DNA from: Phoronis australis
Taxonomy: Eukaryota > Animalia > Phoronida
Direction of reading: 5' to 3'
Length of the DNA stretch: 64,000 bases
Assembly: GCA_002633005.1 (NCBI GenBank)
Contig: NMRA01000002.1
Location: 1,146,851-1,210,850 of the forward strand
Made by a program: the position numbers and the translations under genes. The notes beneath the pieces are model-generated. The model saw nothing but the letters and a program-made list of their open reading frames with translations, searched no databases and was not told where the DNA came from. Every line of letters begins with the position of its first letter. The first letter of the stretch is position 1. Shown here piece by piece: positions 24,670 to 40,000 of the stretch.

Positions 24670-25436
<767 letters not shown>

Positions 25437-25759
25437 TTACTGAAAGTGAAGAAATGGAAATTATGCTTCATGTTTTCCCAGACAACGTGACTGATATCAG
25501 ATAACAACAAAAAACAAAATGGCGGAAACTGTTTAACGGCGAGTTGTGTACCGGAGATTTACATCCTTATTTACTTTAAATTTAACCATAAAACTAAATG
25601 TGAAATTGTTTACTAATTCTTGACATGTTGTGGAACACATGTATCAACTAACGTAAAGGTTTCATTCATTTCAATGGATGAAATCTCTTACCTTCGTGCT
25701 TCTATGAAAACAAAAGCCAAGTCAATTTGTACCGGGCAATTTTATCAAAGTTCGCATAA

Positions 25760-25895
25760 AAGGTATATATACGACTGACGTCACATAACCCTATCTGTGA
25801 TTGGCCAAATAAGTCGATTTGCTATTGGTCAAAAATTCAGTCAACTAGAACTTTACAAGTATCTTATTGGTTGAAAACGTGAGTTTGTAATTGGT
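25760..25895 (-). promoter_or_regulatory. H3.3 promoter: TATA, perfect CRE, four CCAAT boxes
   Basis: TATATATA 25764-25771; TGACGTCA 25776-25783; ATTGG (CCAAT on minus) at 25800, 25824, 25866, 25890. Confidence 0.75.
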
Positions 25896-28377
25896 TAATT
25901 TTACATGCATTTGGATCCCCTTAGTTCTCGTCGTAGTGAAACGAAATCTGCAGACTTCTTAATGTAAGCTTTTTATTATAGGTTGAGGTAGGATGTTACC
26001 CTAATAATTTGTAGGTTTAAGGGTTAAACCGTGGCAATCGGCATAGTCGTGACGTTGGGACAGCTGCGAAAAGAAAGACGGTGAAACATGGAGAAGCCGG
26101 AGAGAAAAGACACCAGGTTCGGGTACGCGTCAGTGCTTTATGTACAGTGTAGGCCTACCAGTACGTTTCTAATGATTTACATGTTTATGCCCGATCTGCG
26201 AAAATTGACTGATTCATAGATTATTTTTGACAGTTACAAGCTAATAATTTAAAAATTGCAGCGGTGATGCTTCAGCGAACAAGTTGGGAAAGGCCCGACA
26301 GCAAAGTAATATAGACGATTGTTGCCTACCTCGCCCATCACACTCTAGTTTATTGGCTTGGGGACAAAATAATTCACAGACAGGGCTTCATAAAGGAATC
26401 AAGTTTTTAATCAAATTAAACGCATTCATATTCACAGTTAACTTGACAGCCGGATTTGATTGTTTTTGCGATATTTTTTAGTTGCCGACTTCCCCCTAGA
26501 AATTGCGCAATGGCACAAAACGAGGTGTAGCCATACATCAAAAGGCCCGCCGGGTGCGGTCTCATACAAGGGAACTAAATAAACTATAACCTATTCCAAC
26601 ATTATACTGAGTGTAAATTTGGGATACCCTGTGCATTGGAGATTTGTCCGTTACCAGCCAACTGAGTGATCCATGAACAAGGGATTTTGCCAACTACCAG
26701 GGTCGGACCCCGGAATTTTGCCCTTTCAACCAGAGACGTCTTTGGATCATCTATGCGGGCTCATTCTCACTGGTCCGAGAAATTTCGTTGAAACAAGTCT
26801 ATTCAAATTCTGACGGCTGCCTCCCCGGCCGGGGTAACTCTCCTACTTACGTGCAGCGTCGGTACAAAATTGCTTGGTTCTATGCGGGGACTAATGAGGG
26901 GGGCAGATGGCGCCGATATAGGCCAAAGGCCGGGGAGAGCAAAAGTTCAGCGAAGTCCCGTGAATGGTTGGTGCCACCCCTAATAATGAATTTCACGTTT
27001 CAGTATGAGTCTGTATTAGACTGATATTTTAGGCCTCATGGAACTTTATACACTTATCAAGGGTACGACGTGTCACGAAACTGTCCAGCTATCATCTCAT
27101 TGATCAGAAAACCCCGCCTTTAGTTGTTGATAAATCGATACCAGATTGTCTGCCCCCGGGAGCACTGACCGAGCTCAGTCCGGTAGTAGTAGAGTAGAGG
27201 GCGAAGCCCTCGCACAGCTTCGCTCAGTCCGGCCCGTAGACAAAGATTTTATAGGATCTTTGACCTAGGAACCAATATAGCTTTGAGGTAGCCGCGTCAA
27301 AATTCGGGAGGAAAAACCGGTTGTTAAAATTCGTATATTTTAATATGCTAAAACAGATTTTCGTGGATCTCGATTAACGTTTTTTTCTTTTAATTGTTCT
27401 TCCAATTTTTTATTTAAAAGTTCCCACGTTTTGAGCCGGCGCTAATTTTTTGGAAAAAAACGAAGTTCACAATAGAGGACGCTGTAAACAACCGCATGCC
27501 CGCGGTACATGAAAATTGCACATCTACCGGGGGTACCAGAGTAAGAAATCCTTGGCTGAGAACAAAAAGTATTTTAAGGGTTTAACCCCAGACAGAGGTT
27601 TGACCAAAGTTACAATTGTCGTATCTTGAAGCTGATCGCGAAAAGGCAGAAAATAAAAATGTCTGCATGCAGGACACCACATGGGTCAGGGAATATTTCC
27701 AGCGTTTCTAGGGGTCTGTAAAAATGCTGAGGATTTTTACATTATACCTCTGATGTTATACCAAGGCCATGGCCCCCTTGCTCCCCCCCCCCCCAAATCT
27801 GCCACTGGGCCAAACAGAAATGCTGTTATTGTGGAGCATGACATGTAAGTTGCAAGAAGCTATTCAACGTGTACCAGAACTTGGAATGACCAATGTTTAA
27901 TAAGAGCAAAAATTTCAAGGTGACCCATCATTCCACAAATGGGTTTGTGTGCTAGAAATATTTTTGTGTTGTAAAATTTAACTGAAATAAATATTTTACA
28001 AGAATAACGTCTAAATAATGCTAAAAAGAGACAAAGAAGGAAACTGGAAATCAAATAAGAGGAAACTGAAACCAAAAAAGAGGAAAATTACAAGTACTGC
28101 CTCCCGTTCAGTAACGCTAGGACCTCGCTAAAAAGCAAGACTTCGCGAGATTACGTGAGATTTTGCTGTGCATTCTGAATGAGAACACATGACTTTGACT
28201 AGGTTTTAACTAGGTCCTAGCGTAGGTCCTAGCGTCTACTAAAGGCACGTCTGGTTATGCCATTGTTATGTTCAATTTCAGAGCAGCCTACATTTGTGCA
28301 CTTTCATTTCCAGGAATAAAAAACAACTAATAATTTAAACAAAGGGCACCTGTAGCATTGATTCAGTTAAGTATTGT

Positions 28378-31057
28378 TTTATTATTGTAACAGAAAACGT
28401 TTTGGGCAGAAGAATTAGCAATGAGTTCAAATCTACAAACAGTATGACATCATTCTTACTATGGTGACACAACTGTCTAAATTGTAGTGCAAGACATATT
28501 TAAAACCAACAGTAATCTGGTCAGTTGTAACAAATAAAATTTGGGGTCATGACCCAGAGAGATCACATGACATCAATAGCTGACTGACATCAATTGGAAT
28601 TTGCAGGCACAGTTCTACAAGCCTCTCAAAATTTTATGAAACCTTAAGATCCAGAAATAAAGAATCTCCATCTTAAAACATGTGTCCCTCTTGGCAATGA
28701 ATTCTTAAAACGAGCTTATCCCAACTGAACTATCTCCTGTCGTCATAAAATCCTACTGAAAACTATTACCAAGAATGTATGCCACACAGCCTCCCAGACA
28801 ACTTCATGTTATGTAATACTGACAAACAGACAACCTGCCAATATTTCTCACCTGATAACATGCTTACCTTGGAACTCTATATAGCAAATAAATTTATTCC
28901 CAACTAAATCATAATTGTCGATCAAACCATAGATCAAATCCAGTACTTAACTTATCAGACAGTTCAACACTAAGCTTTGCAAAGTGTCCCACTTGAAAAA
29001 GTCCATGGAGAAACATGCCTGATATGAAGACTTGGTCTGCAACACTTCCTTATCAATCCTCTGTTAATATCTTATTACATAATATTTTGTTAATTATATT
29101 CGTATAATAGGGGAAATCAAACACAACGATGCCATCAAGTAATCTGCCAACAATCTCACATACCTGAAACCTTCCTCAGAACAGTAACAACCTATACATA
29201 TCACAATCCTAAAACTTTTAATTATAAAATGTACTGCAGCGAATATAGTAGCAAAAATAAATACTCAAAACAATCAACCATAATGATAAAACAATGTGAC
29301 CAAACAATGGTCCAGGCCAAGTACGTCTTTCAAAAACCAACATTTCTTGCACAAGTAAACCTGCCATGTCCGCTGAGAAATGTCTTACATCTCAAACAAC
29401 AAACTCAGTAATGTACATTGGTTTCAAATATTAAACTGGTTTGAGGTGATGCCATAATAATTCGCATTGACAGATTTGATGATCAAGTGATTCATTTGAT
29501 TCACTACTAAATTCGTGCTAGATAATGTTAAAAGCCAGTTTGCAAATTCTTCCATCACTTAGCTGCTTTCCACGATGCGTTTACTGGTAAAAATGTGCAC
29601 ATATTTATAAAAACTCACTGACATTCAAGCCGACTGCGAATTTCACTTTTGATGTTCAGTTACAGTTCTGTCCTCTAAGGCTCAAAAAGCTGTCTCAATA
29701 ACTCGATAAGCTCCAGGAAGGCAAACATAAATCTATGGACAATGAATTTTGTCATGCTTTCAACGAATTTCTTTGTTCAGTGTTATGTAAGGCCTTGCTG
29801 ACATGTCTGTGTATTTATCCAAGGATCTACAAACTGGAAGTTTTAGATCCACAAAAGTATATGTTGTACGTAAGTAGAAATGCTGAAGAATCTGATTTTT
29901 TACTTTTTCACCAATTTGCCATCAATTGGGTCGCATGATCATGTATTTTTAGTAAAATTTAGCAAAAAGGAAAGGAACATTGATAGGAAATAAAAATCGT
30001 ATTTCAGAAATCCCTAATGAGAAACATCTTAAAATCAATTCCTAAATGTATTTTGGAGACCTGATGATGAAGCGTGGTACAGTATAGTATCTGACGAAGT
30101 TTCAGAAGGATCCAATCAGCTCTTTGCAAAGTCAGCCAAATTGTGAACATTTTTCTAAGGTCTTACATAACCTCAACAAGGCACAATCCTCTCTATCAAA
30201 TGTAGTTGCTAAACCAGTCAGTGCGGCAGAGCTAACTGTTAATCACCAGTCTGTAGTCGCTTTTATACAAGAGACAGTCAAAAATGGCCACCGCAGTGTC
30301 AACTTGCTCCGTGTCAGTCGTGTTTACACACACACTTGCACCTGATCAGCTGTTCCGTGTTAATTGGTCCGTGAGTCGTGTCTCGTGTATAAGCAACTAG
30401 TTTGACTGAGATAACTGTCAGCCCCCAGTCAGTGTGACTGAGATAACTGTCAACCGCCAGTCAGTGGGAATGAGATAACTGTCAACTGCCAGTCAGTGTG
30501 ACAGATAACTATCAACTGCCAGTCAGTGAGGCAAGGATAACTGCCAACCACTAGTCAGGGTCACTCAGATAACTGTCAACCACCAGTCAGGGTCACTCAG
30601 ATAACTGCCAACCACTAGTCAGGGTCACTCAGATAACTGTCAACCACTAGTCAGGGTCACTCAGATAACTGTCAACCACTAGTCAGGGTAGCAGGGTTAA
30701 TAATAGTCCTCTCAAACAACACTAGTCAAAATAACTCTGCCATATCAATTTTGCATTTATTCATTTCCTACTATTTAGACAAGAATGGGAGCTGGCCTAG
30801 AGTTAAAGCTCTGCCTCAGTTCGTCTGCACACAGCCAGTCAGGAGCCAGTATTTATCAATTGTTTTTTTGTATTGACATTAGAAACCAACCTTTGACCTG
30901 TATACACGCTGCAGTTTCATTCTCCAACAGAAGTGTCATTCTAAAAAACACAAGAGATCGCTCTTTCCATGATTACCAACAGATGGCAACGTTCACAGGG
31001 GCTAACATAGTCCAAAGTACTCTTGGCACAATTTAAAAATCCTAAAAAGTGTGTATA
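28378..31057 (-). other. unk: Probable long (about 2.7 kb) 3'UTR of unkempt
   Basis: U-rich on the minus strand, no credible ORF; candidate AATAAA at 28378-28383. The end point is uncertain because other AATAAA sites exist. Confidence 0.4.
30404..30689. repeat. 32-bp minisatellite, about 9 copies
   Basis: Unit GATAACTGTCAACCACTAGTCAGGGTCACTCA; period 32 (e.g. 30601 vs 30633). Confidence 0.9.
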
Positions 31058-34000
31058 TTATAAGGGCAGCACTACACTGGACTTGTGTGTGATGGGTCCC
31101 CTACAGTAGGGACACTGCCGACAATTGAGGGCACAGTTGTCACAGAGAACACAGTGGTTACACGGCATCACAGCCACGCTTCGGTTCCTCTCCTGACACA
31201 GTAAGCATTTCATGGCCGAGCACTGATAGACCAGCTGAAAATAAAAACAAGAGACGTACTACAACAGAAACTATGTCAATATGAATATAATAGATGACTT
31301 GTGTCCTACTTCTACTGAAGACATGGCACTAATGTCTTCAGACAAAAATTACACAAACCCGATATAATGCTTGAACATTAGCACCAAGATGACAGTGTAA
31401 GTGACAAAGTACAAATAGCCTCACTTGGTGTCGCCCTACGTAGCTCCATTTCATGTGGACACTCGTAATGGCTACATAACACATTTATTATTACAATTTA
31501 ATACAGGACATTTCCCAGGGCTCTCTCAACCTATGGTGTAGTGTAATCAAGGTTTTCAACCAAGGTCGTCCAGTCAAACCTCCTTGCAACCATGATATGG
31601 TGATATGAACAGTTTGTAAAAGCAGAAGCCACACTTAAAACATACAAATGAAACCATTCACAACAGAAGCTGTAGTCGGAGGCATACAAAAGTCAACCAT
31701 TATCTGTGCTCTTTTCTATTTGAACACATCTGTCAAACTTTGATCCTTCAAATGGTCCATTGACGAAAAAGTGGGCACCAAAAAGATGACATGAAGCAGA
31801 TGCAAACAACTACAACTGCCACTAGATGGCACAGCAGTGAACAACTTTGCCTGAAAGTCATCACCATCCTTCACCGTGTTCACAGAACACAACTGCCAAA
31901 CTTCACAAAGGTCCTGCAAGCCTTTAGATACAGCAACAGACTGGTTGAATGTCAAGAAAGTGGTAGCTAGAGGCCCCCCCATATAGGCATACGGAGGCAC
32001 ATTATATGGCTAACAATCACCACGGTTGCCCCATATTAGTCTTGCAATAGGACATAAACACAGCTCACCTCATCCAACTTTTCGAGATCATTCCTTAACT
32101 GTTGTTGAAGGTACTTTAGCTGACTCAGCGATAACAGCTCTAGCTCAGCGTTAGTCTGCAGACACTTCAGAAATGGACCAGCACTCAGACGACCCACTTC
32201 AACTTTTAACTTAGACAGCTGCACCAGCGCCTAGAAAATATTACCCTAGTATTTGTAAGGCATGTAGTATCGTAACCTGTTCTAAGTAGAAAACAGTTTG
32301 GGAGCAAAGACCACTGCTATGTCTGGATCCCCATCCGGGGTCACCGCTGAACTCAAAGGGATGGGCCTTGGCTCGGGACCACTCAACATGCATGCTGATC
32401 AGATAACAAATGTAAAAAGTAGTCTGTTCGCTTAATATTAACATAGAGCCTGGTCTAATTGATGTATCGCAAGCTCCGCCCCCTAGCAAAAAGTAACACG
32501 GCACCTGACAAACAAACAATAAGTTTACCCGACAGTGTGTGGTTTGTCGAGTAAAATGGCGGCTTGGAAACAAAGATGTGTCAAGCATGCTGCGTTATGA
32601 TTGGTCAGTTAAGTCGTCACTCAAAATCCTGACAATAAGTCACTTGGCTCCCAACAAAATAATGTTTTTGTGAACTATTCATTTAATAACATGAAAATAC
32701 TAAGACAGGGGTGTTTACAGTACACACGATCTAAGAGTCAAGCAGATCAACCAATGACATTTCACCACATCAATGTAATGCCAAGTATGTCAACAAATAA
32801 GTTCAGAGTTCACGTTAATCTAAGGGGCAACACCTTCAATGTTTTGCCGAGTTTGTTTGTAAACTATGAAACAAGAAGCACAAAAATTCTTGTAACTATT
32901 ACTTTTAACCTGATTTAAACTTGTACAAAGGTTTAATGTTTTTCAGGTTCTAATTAAAAAATTAGTCACCATGTTTGTGTGATTAAAAAGTAAATGTTGG
33001 CCTTGAAGTAACAGCCCTTAACTGCAAAACAAACTCATAAAGTTTGCTTTTCAGATATTCAAACACTTTTGCCGTACCTCGTCTCTCGTTCTTATTGCTT
33101 GATTTCTGCTTTCTTCGGCAAGTTTCACTTTACGCGTGGCTTCTTCTGCTTCTGTCTTCCAAGCTTCACAAGCCTGCCAACGACACAATAGATTACAACA
33201 TACAGCACATATTGTTAATCCGCCAGTTTCAACCAACCACAGCAGCTAACATCCGTCTTGTTCTCTTCTTACTCAGACTAACAGATCTGAAGAAAACTGC
33301 TTCACAAAATGCAACCAAGGGATATATCAGCGACTCAGGAACAAGAAATGCAAGGTGTTTTGTGCATATTAACCTCACCCATTCTGACCTAAATATATGT
33401 GTAGTCCCATTTTCTGCGAAGCTTTGGATAATTATAACTAAGCTAATTAACAAGCCATGTTGAAAAAAATGTTAAGACTTGACAGGTTCCTACACTTGCC
33501 TGGAGTTTTCAGGCCAAAACTCTAACAAATAAAACAATGTTTTAATGTTTAAACCCTGTAAGCAGAAGCAAGCCGAACAGACAACTGCTAATACTACTTC
33601 AGTAACGTTTAAATCAACTTACACTTCTTGCCTGGGCAATGCCCTCTTCCCAGGAAGCAAGTTTTGACTTGTTCACCGCTAACTCGTCACGTAACCTCTG
33701 CACTTCACTACCGTACGTTCCATTGCTACTGTTAAACAGGGGTGATTGGCTACCACTGGTGTTGGCTTGTGGAGACGCCGAGTTGAAGTCGGAGTAACTA
33801 GGTGCTGCATACAGGCCAGGATTGGGCTGACTCAGAAACGCAGCTTGAGCCTGCAGTAGACAAGAGTTGGAGTGAGCAAGACTACAGCAAGAGCATGCAG
33901 CTTAACGATGACATGTCTCATTAAAACAGTGAATATTTAAATTTGTAGTAAGCACCACCAAAAGACCTCCTGGAGAACTGTGCGCACAAGTATAATCAGG

Positions 34001-37000
34001 AAAAAACAATTTGTAAATAAAGAAAACACCAAAACTGATACACTTATAAACAAGTGCAAACATAAAAACCCATAGTAACTGCAAATATTATGCAATTGTT
34101 ATTTGATAGTGAAATAAAAAAATAATAAAAACTGTGCCTTGTTTCATTACGGTAATGTTGAAATACTACCATACTCATTTACATAAACAAGAGCAACGCG
34201 GAGCATTGAAATGTGCCCACGAATGCATCACAAATGGTGTGCTTTTGGGGGGTTTTGTTTGTATCATCGAAATGGTCACTAGATGGCACAAAATTCATCG
34301 AATCCGTCTGAAAACCAGAAAATGTCACCGTTTCTTTAAAAGAAAGCCATTTACAACAACAAAAATGGCCACTAGGTAGTGCAAACTACGAATCCATCCG
34401 AAAACGAGAGGATAGCATCATCTAACTAATAGATGTCTATGTGCCAAATTTTATGGAAATCCGTTAAGAACCTTTGAAGATACAGAGGTAAACGTAAAAA
34501 AACAAAATTGCAACTAGGGGGCACACCGATACACCGATCTGTTCGAAAGTCATCGTCGTTTGTTGTCAACTTCATATAAGTACATTTGCTAAATTTAATA
34601 AAGATCCTTGTAGAAGGTTTAGGAGATACAGCCATGGGAGCAAAAACAAACAAAACTACCACTAGGAGGCGCCACTGTAGTCGAAGTCATCGGAAAATCG
34701 TCGTCAACTGTCTTCCTCATAGTAAGAACACACATGCCAATTTTCACAATCATCCTTAAAGTGGTTTGGTTGTTAGAGGGGTGGACGCCAAAAAAATGAC
34801 TCGGAAAACAGTAAAAACGGCCACTAGATGGCGCAAAATGCCTCGAATCCATCCATAAACGAGAGGGTAGCGTCAACTCATTAAAAGATTCCTATGTGCC
34901 AAATTTCACAAAAATCGGTTGAGGACCTTTGAAGATACAGAGGCAAATGTAAAAATCTAAAATTGCCACTAGGGGGCACAGTGGTATTCGGGTTGGTCCG
35001 AAACTCGTCGCCCTCTGTCCTCAACCCCATACGAACACACTTGCCAAATTTCAATAAGATTCTGCAAGGGGTTTAGGAGATACAGCCACGGACGCCCAGA
35101 CGCCCAGGCAGAGATGACAGCAATATGTGACCACAGATAAAAAAGTGGGCACATAAAAATAGTCTCGCAAAACGAGACTTTGCGAGATTGTAATGGTAAC
35201 AAGTTCTCAGACGGTTTCCGGCACACTGGAGGACCCGCTGTTGTTTGTAAATTAGTACTTCATTTGCATGTTCACAATTTAATGAGACTATTCGTTTTTA
35301 AACCTGCAGCTGGAGAGCAGCATGAGCAAAGGATACAGCAAGTCAAGTCATGTTAATAGTATTTGGAGAGATTTCTCGAAAAGTTGAAAATTATCGTCAT
35401 AATTCATGTTTTATTAAACCTGCAATAGGAAACACAGAGTACATGGTAAGAACAGTGACAGATGGCGAACGTTTCTGTCAGCATTCCTGAAGCTCTCACC
35501 AACATTGCCATAAATAAAGACCACTTTCCATGAAAAGTACTCTACACAGAGTTCAGAATTTGCAGAGTCAATCGTGAGTTCAAGCTCACACAGGAAAATG
35601 TGTGAGGACAGGCAGCAACAGAATAGAAGTTAACAATTGCAATATTTAATTACTTCACTCTTATATACAGTAACTTAAGCCCTTTTATGTAGAAGTCCCT
35701 AAAATAAAACATTGCTTTTGTTGTCTCAAGTATGACAACAGGGTATCAGCATTAAAGCAAAAATGGAAGTTCTAAAAACTTTGAAGTCCAAAACTGATTC
35801 TTTTCCAACATGCCCCTTTAAGTTCCATCAATGTGCTACATCTCCCTCCCCCACCGCTACATCTCCTCCCTCTCCTCCACTACATCTCCTCCCTCCCCCA
35901 ACACGTCATTGTTACCTGCTCCAACTGCACTTCCTGTTTCTGTTTCGAGGGGGCAAGCACTGCACTTAAACTGGACATGGGCGAGGGTGGCGACTGTGAC
36001 AGACTACCCACAGTGCTGCGGGGCGTCTCACTACACGGGATGCTGACCGGGTTAGATGTGGCTGTGCCAGAAAAACCTGTGAGTGGGAAGAGGCGTAATG
36101 ACAACTTAGTAAAGATAATTGTGCTTTGTGATACAGTCTAAAGAAGTACTTGTTCGTTCCAAGAATGCTTCTGTGCATTATTATATCATACCACTTTAAA
36201 TAGTGACAAGAGTTCACGTGTTTAATTCACAGTCACAGTTATTACTCCTATCCTTTGCACATATAATGCATGTCATTAATCTGTACTTATATCAATAGTT
36301 AATCATAAGACCACACATGGTAAGCTACTCACCAGCTGAAGAGGAGAAGCCAGCACTTAGTGAACTACTAACAGAGTTGGTGTCATTATCACCATCAGCC
36401 TCTATACTCAACGCTCCCAGGTCAAAATTTAAGGTCAGCTGTGATTCATCTAAAGCATTGCCTGAAAAGAAGGAGTCAAAGCACTAATTCAACTCAACTA
36501 ACACGCAACTACAGAACAGGAATTTGTGAAAACAGAACCACCCATAAGTGGATTCATGTGTTCAACCGTACGTGGTACATAGGGTCCAAAATCAGTCAGG
36601 AAAAAGTCTAAAGTCATGACAATAGACTTAGTTTCGAAGCAAAAATTTCCCCAAATGGATGGCAGTTGGCAGAAATGAGGATTTGGGAGAGCTAGGATAT
36701 GTCACTTTAACCTTTGTATGAATTCCTCTCAACAAAAGTTCAATGCCAAAACTGCAGATTCAATTCACTTTTCACTACTAAATTCTTGTTTAATTTTGAT
36801 ACAGAGAACGCACTCAAATAAGCTTAGTGTATTGTATCGAGACCCCGGACAGATTGCTAGTGACTTACCTACAACAGACTCCACTGTATCACCGGGAGGG
36901 AAGAACGGGCGAGCCAGGGGCGACATAACAGTGGATACTGGTGTGGTAGAGGGGCTGCTGGTAGAGCCACGCCCGTTGGTGCTAGCCAAGGAATACTGTT

Positions 37001-40000
37001 GCTGCAGCTTGCTCCTCTCCCCACCAGTCAGGCCAGTTTCAGAGTCTATTGCTTGCAGCTGTTGTCGCAGTTTGTTCTGAAACTGCAAATAAGAGAGACC
37101 CATGAATGAATGTTGGGAATTCCATGAAATTGATGAGTGAATGCTCGAGATTCTATAGTGCTGTAGGTAGATCAGCTCCTCCACGCGATTGATTTACTGA
37201 ACATTAACTCAGACTTGCTTACGTTCTAAGATCGGCAACTCAGTTAGGGTCTGGTAGCTTTCTAATCTTTCCTCCTCATCAAAACAAGGACTAATCTTCA
37301 CAGAAAACAGACAAATAAGTACGCTGACAGTGGAGGTTGAAAACAACTTTGATCAAGGCAGTGCATTTAAGCCAAAACCTCTCGCCTGTGTGCAGGATGC
37401 TTTAACCACAGATCACCCACAGTATGAAGAACAGGACAGTCAGTTACTATTACCTACCTGTGAATCCTCACGCTCAGAGCCTGGCGCCCTTGGATAGATT
37501 CCTACACTGCTAACATCCGATATACTACTCGACGTGCTACTTGACCTTCCCTTGCCTATGGGCTCTGGCAATGGTTGGCTTTGAGAGTAGGAACCAGCCA
37601 ATGTTTGGGTCTGAGAGTAAGAACCGGTCATGCTCATTGGTATACTGGAGCCCTATTATAGAAGAAATAAGAAACAATGCCATCAGAAATGAGTTAATAG
37701 GGTTTGAAAATGACAACAAACCATAAACCTTATAACAATATATGTCTGCCCCAGTTCATCATCCAGGCAACATCAAATTTTGGAGTACTATATCTTATCT
37801 GAACATTAACCTGACAATAGACACGCCATTTTGATGTTTCATTTTATTCACAGGAATTCTTGCTGCTATGTAACAAAAGGCAACACAACCCTACACTGCT
37901 GACCACGTTTGCATCAATAATATGCCCTACCTTTTGATACATTGCAATCACCAGCAATAGAACATCACAGACAGGACATTTCCTTTAGGGCTGTTCCAGT
38001 AAAATCCGTGTGGGAGGGGGGGGACGGCAGTAGAAATAAAAATTCATGGGTGGTGGTCTTCAGAAAAAAACACAAATTATGGGTGGTCGTTCCTGTAAGA
38101 AGTGATGCATTAAAAATGGGTGGTATTTTTTGACCTGTTAATGTTGACAGGTTGGTTACTTCAGCCCTCAAAACTCAAAACAATCCAATACAGAAAAGCC
38201 CATATTGCTAGTGAACAGAGTGCAATATGTTCACTGAGCCATTAATCAAGTCATGGGCAACTTGATTTGAGCCAACTGCTTGTCTGCAGTCCTATTGAAT
38301 TGAAAAGTTATGCAACACTAAACTGGTGTTAACACAAAAAAGAAAATTGATGATTTTTAAATAAAAAGTATGAGGAGTAAGATAAACAAGTTCCAATATT
38401 CACTTGACATAGAAGTATAAAAGAGTTCGTGGAGACAGTTTGAGATTGATAGATCCTTATAATTGAAAAAATGTTCATTGAAATTATAGACACATGGTGA
38501 ACAGAGACACCTGGTGGCTGCCAGAAGTATTGCTCACAGGCTACTTTAGTTTTTGACAATATTGGTTCTGGTCTGTCAATCATCTAAGTTCTTAACAGGT
38601 CCTCCTGGAGGCAATTTCTTTGCAAGTGTTGGATTTTATATTTTAACCTATTAAAAATAATTTAAAAATTATGGGTCATGGGTTGGAGAAATAAATGAAA
38701 ATTATGGGCGGTGGGTACGAAATAAAAGTGCCTTCCCACCCCTCCCATACAGATTTTGCTGGAACAGCCCTTACTGAAAACTATCTCAACTAAAAGTTTA
38801 CATATTTATATAAAAGTTCAAGGTCAACTAATAGAATTAGCTCATCAGTTAATATGAAGCCGGCCCGCAGAGCTTCCAGACTCGAGCACGAATTGAAAAA
38901 TTCTATGCAGCAACCTATTAGGCAAAGTTCAGCTCATCAAATGCTGGTGACAACTTCAGCCCAAATGGCTCACTTACCAAAGTCTTCAAATTTTAGTCGC
39001 TGAATTAGCCAAGCGCGGCCTCAAGTTACAAGTTTTCTGCACCTTACAAACAAATTTGACCATTTTGAACATTCTCTGTACATGTAGGCACCAAAATATA
39101 ACTTTCTCCACTCTCTTAATGAAATGTGGTCACAAGGGCATTTGTGTGAAAAAATATCTTCATGAGGCATATGTTATCTGATCAGAATCGGGAAAATCTC
39201 ATTGCCATTACTGGCCAATCATAGATTGTTATTTTCCACATGACATCACAGAAAACTGAATGAGATATCCTTATTTGGAAAATGGTGATGGTCCTTGTTT
39301 ACTGTTGACCAGGAAGCTGCTTTACGTAACACAGACGATTAGAAAAAACCTATAACCCTGTCACACGCTAATTCAACATGAAACCAACAGGGTTCCACGA
39401 CACATCACACAGTTGTGCGAAATATAACAAAACAATAGAATTCTGCGACTTTAGATACAGGACTTGTTCCTTTCAGTTATTTCACAGAAATGATCTCACA
39501 GATCGAAACGGGTATCAAAGCATGCCCTTAAACCAATGGGTGATTCTGAGGAATCCAATAAGCTGAGCCCCCTTATATGGATAGTCAGCTAATGAGGTCC
39601 AATCTAACAGAAATTGTGCAGCTTACCAAGTCATGATACTGTGCTCAATCTCATCAATATGGCAACATTAACTTACACTAGAAGTACTGTTTGTCCTTTC
39701 CTTTCCGATAGGGTGTGGCAATTTATTATTGTTGTTATTACTTTCTTTCACAAATTGGAAATCATTAGTCTGCAAATAAAAAACAGACAAATTAAGACTA
39801 CTTCAGATACAATGAGGTCATGCTTCAAAGATTATTTGCCGATGTGAAATTTCATCCACAAAGAAACAGATGTCCAACCATACAAGAATAATGTTGAGCA
39901 TTAAAATCCACCCACAATGCACTGCAAACGGTGCTTCTAGGGGGATTTATCAGCATTATATCAATGGCCAAGAGATGCCACAGATTATAAGAATACATTT

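Noticed and set aside
30060-30100. TGATGA...CTGA box C/D snoRNA or hammerhead-like core
   Set aside because: Too short, antisense to the host gene, and lacks terminal stems or the required helices.
37330-37420. tRNA-like sequence on the minus strand
   Set aside because: Only degenerate A/B-box resemblance and no cloverleaf; at most an old SINE head.
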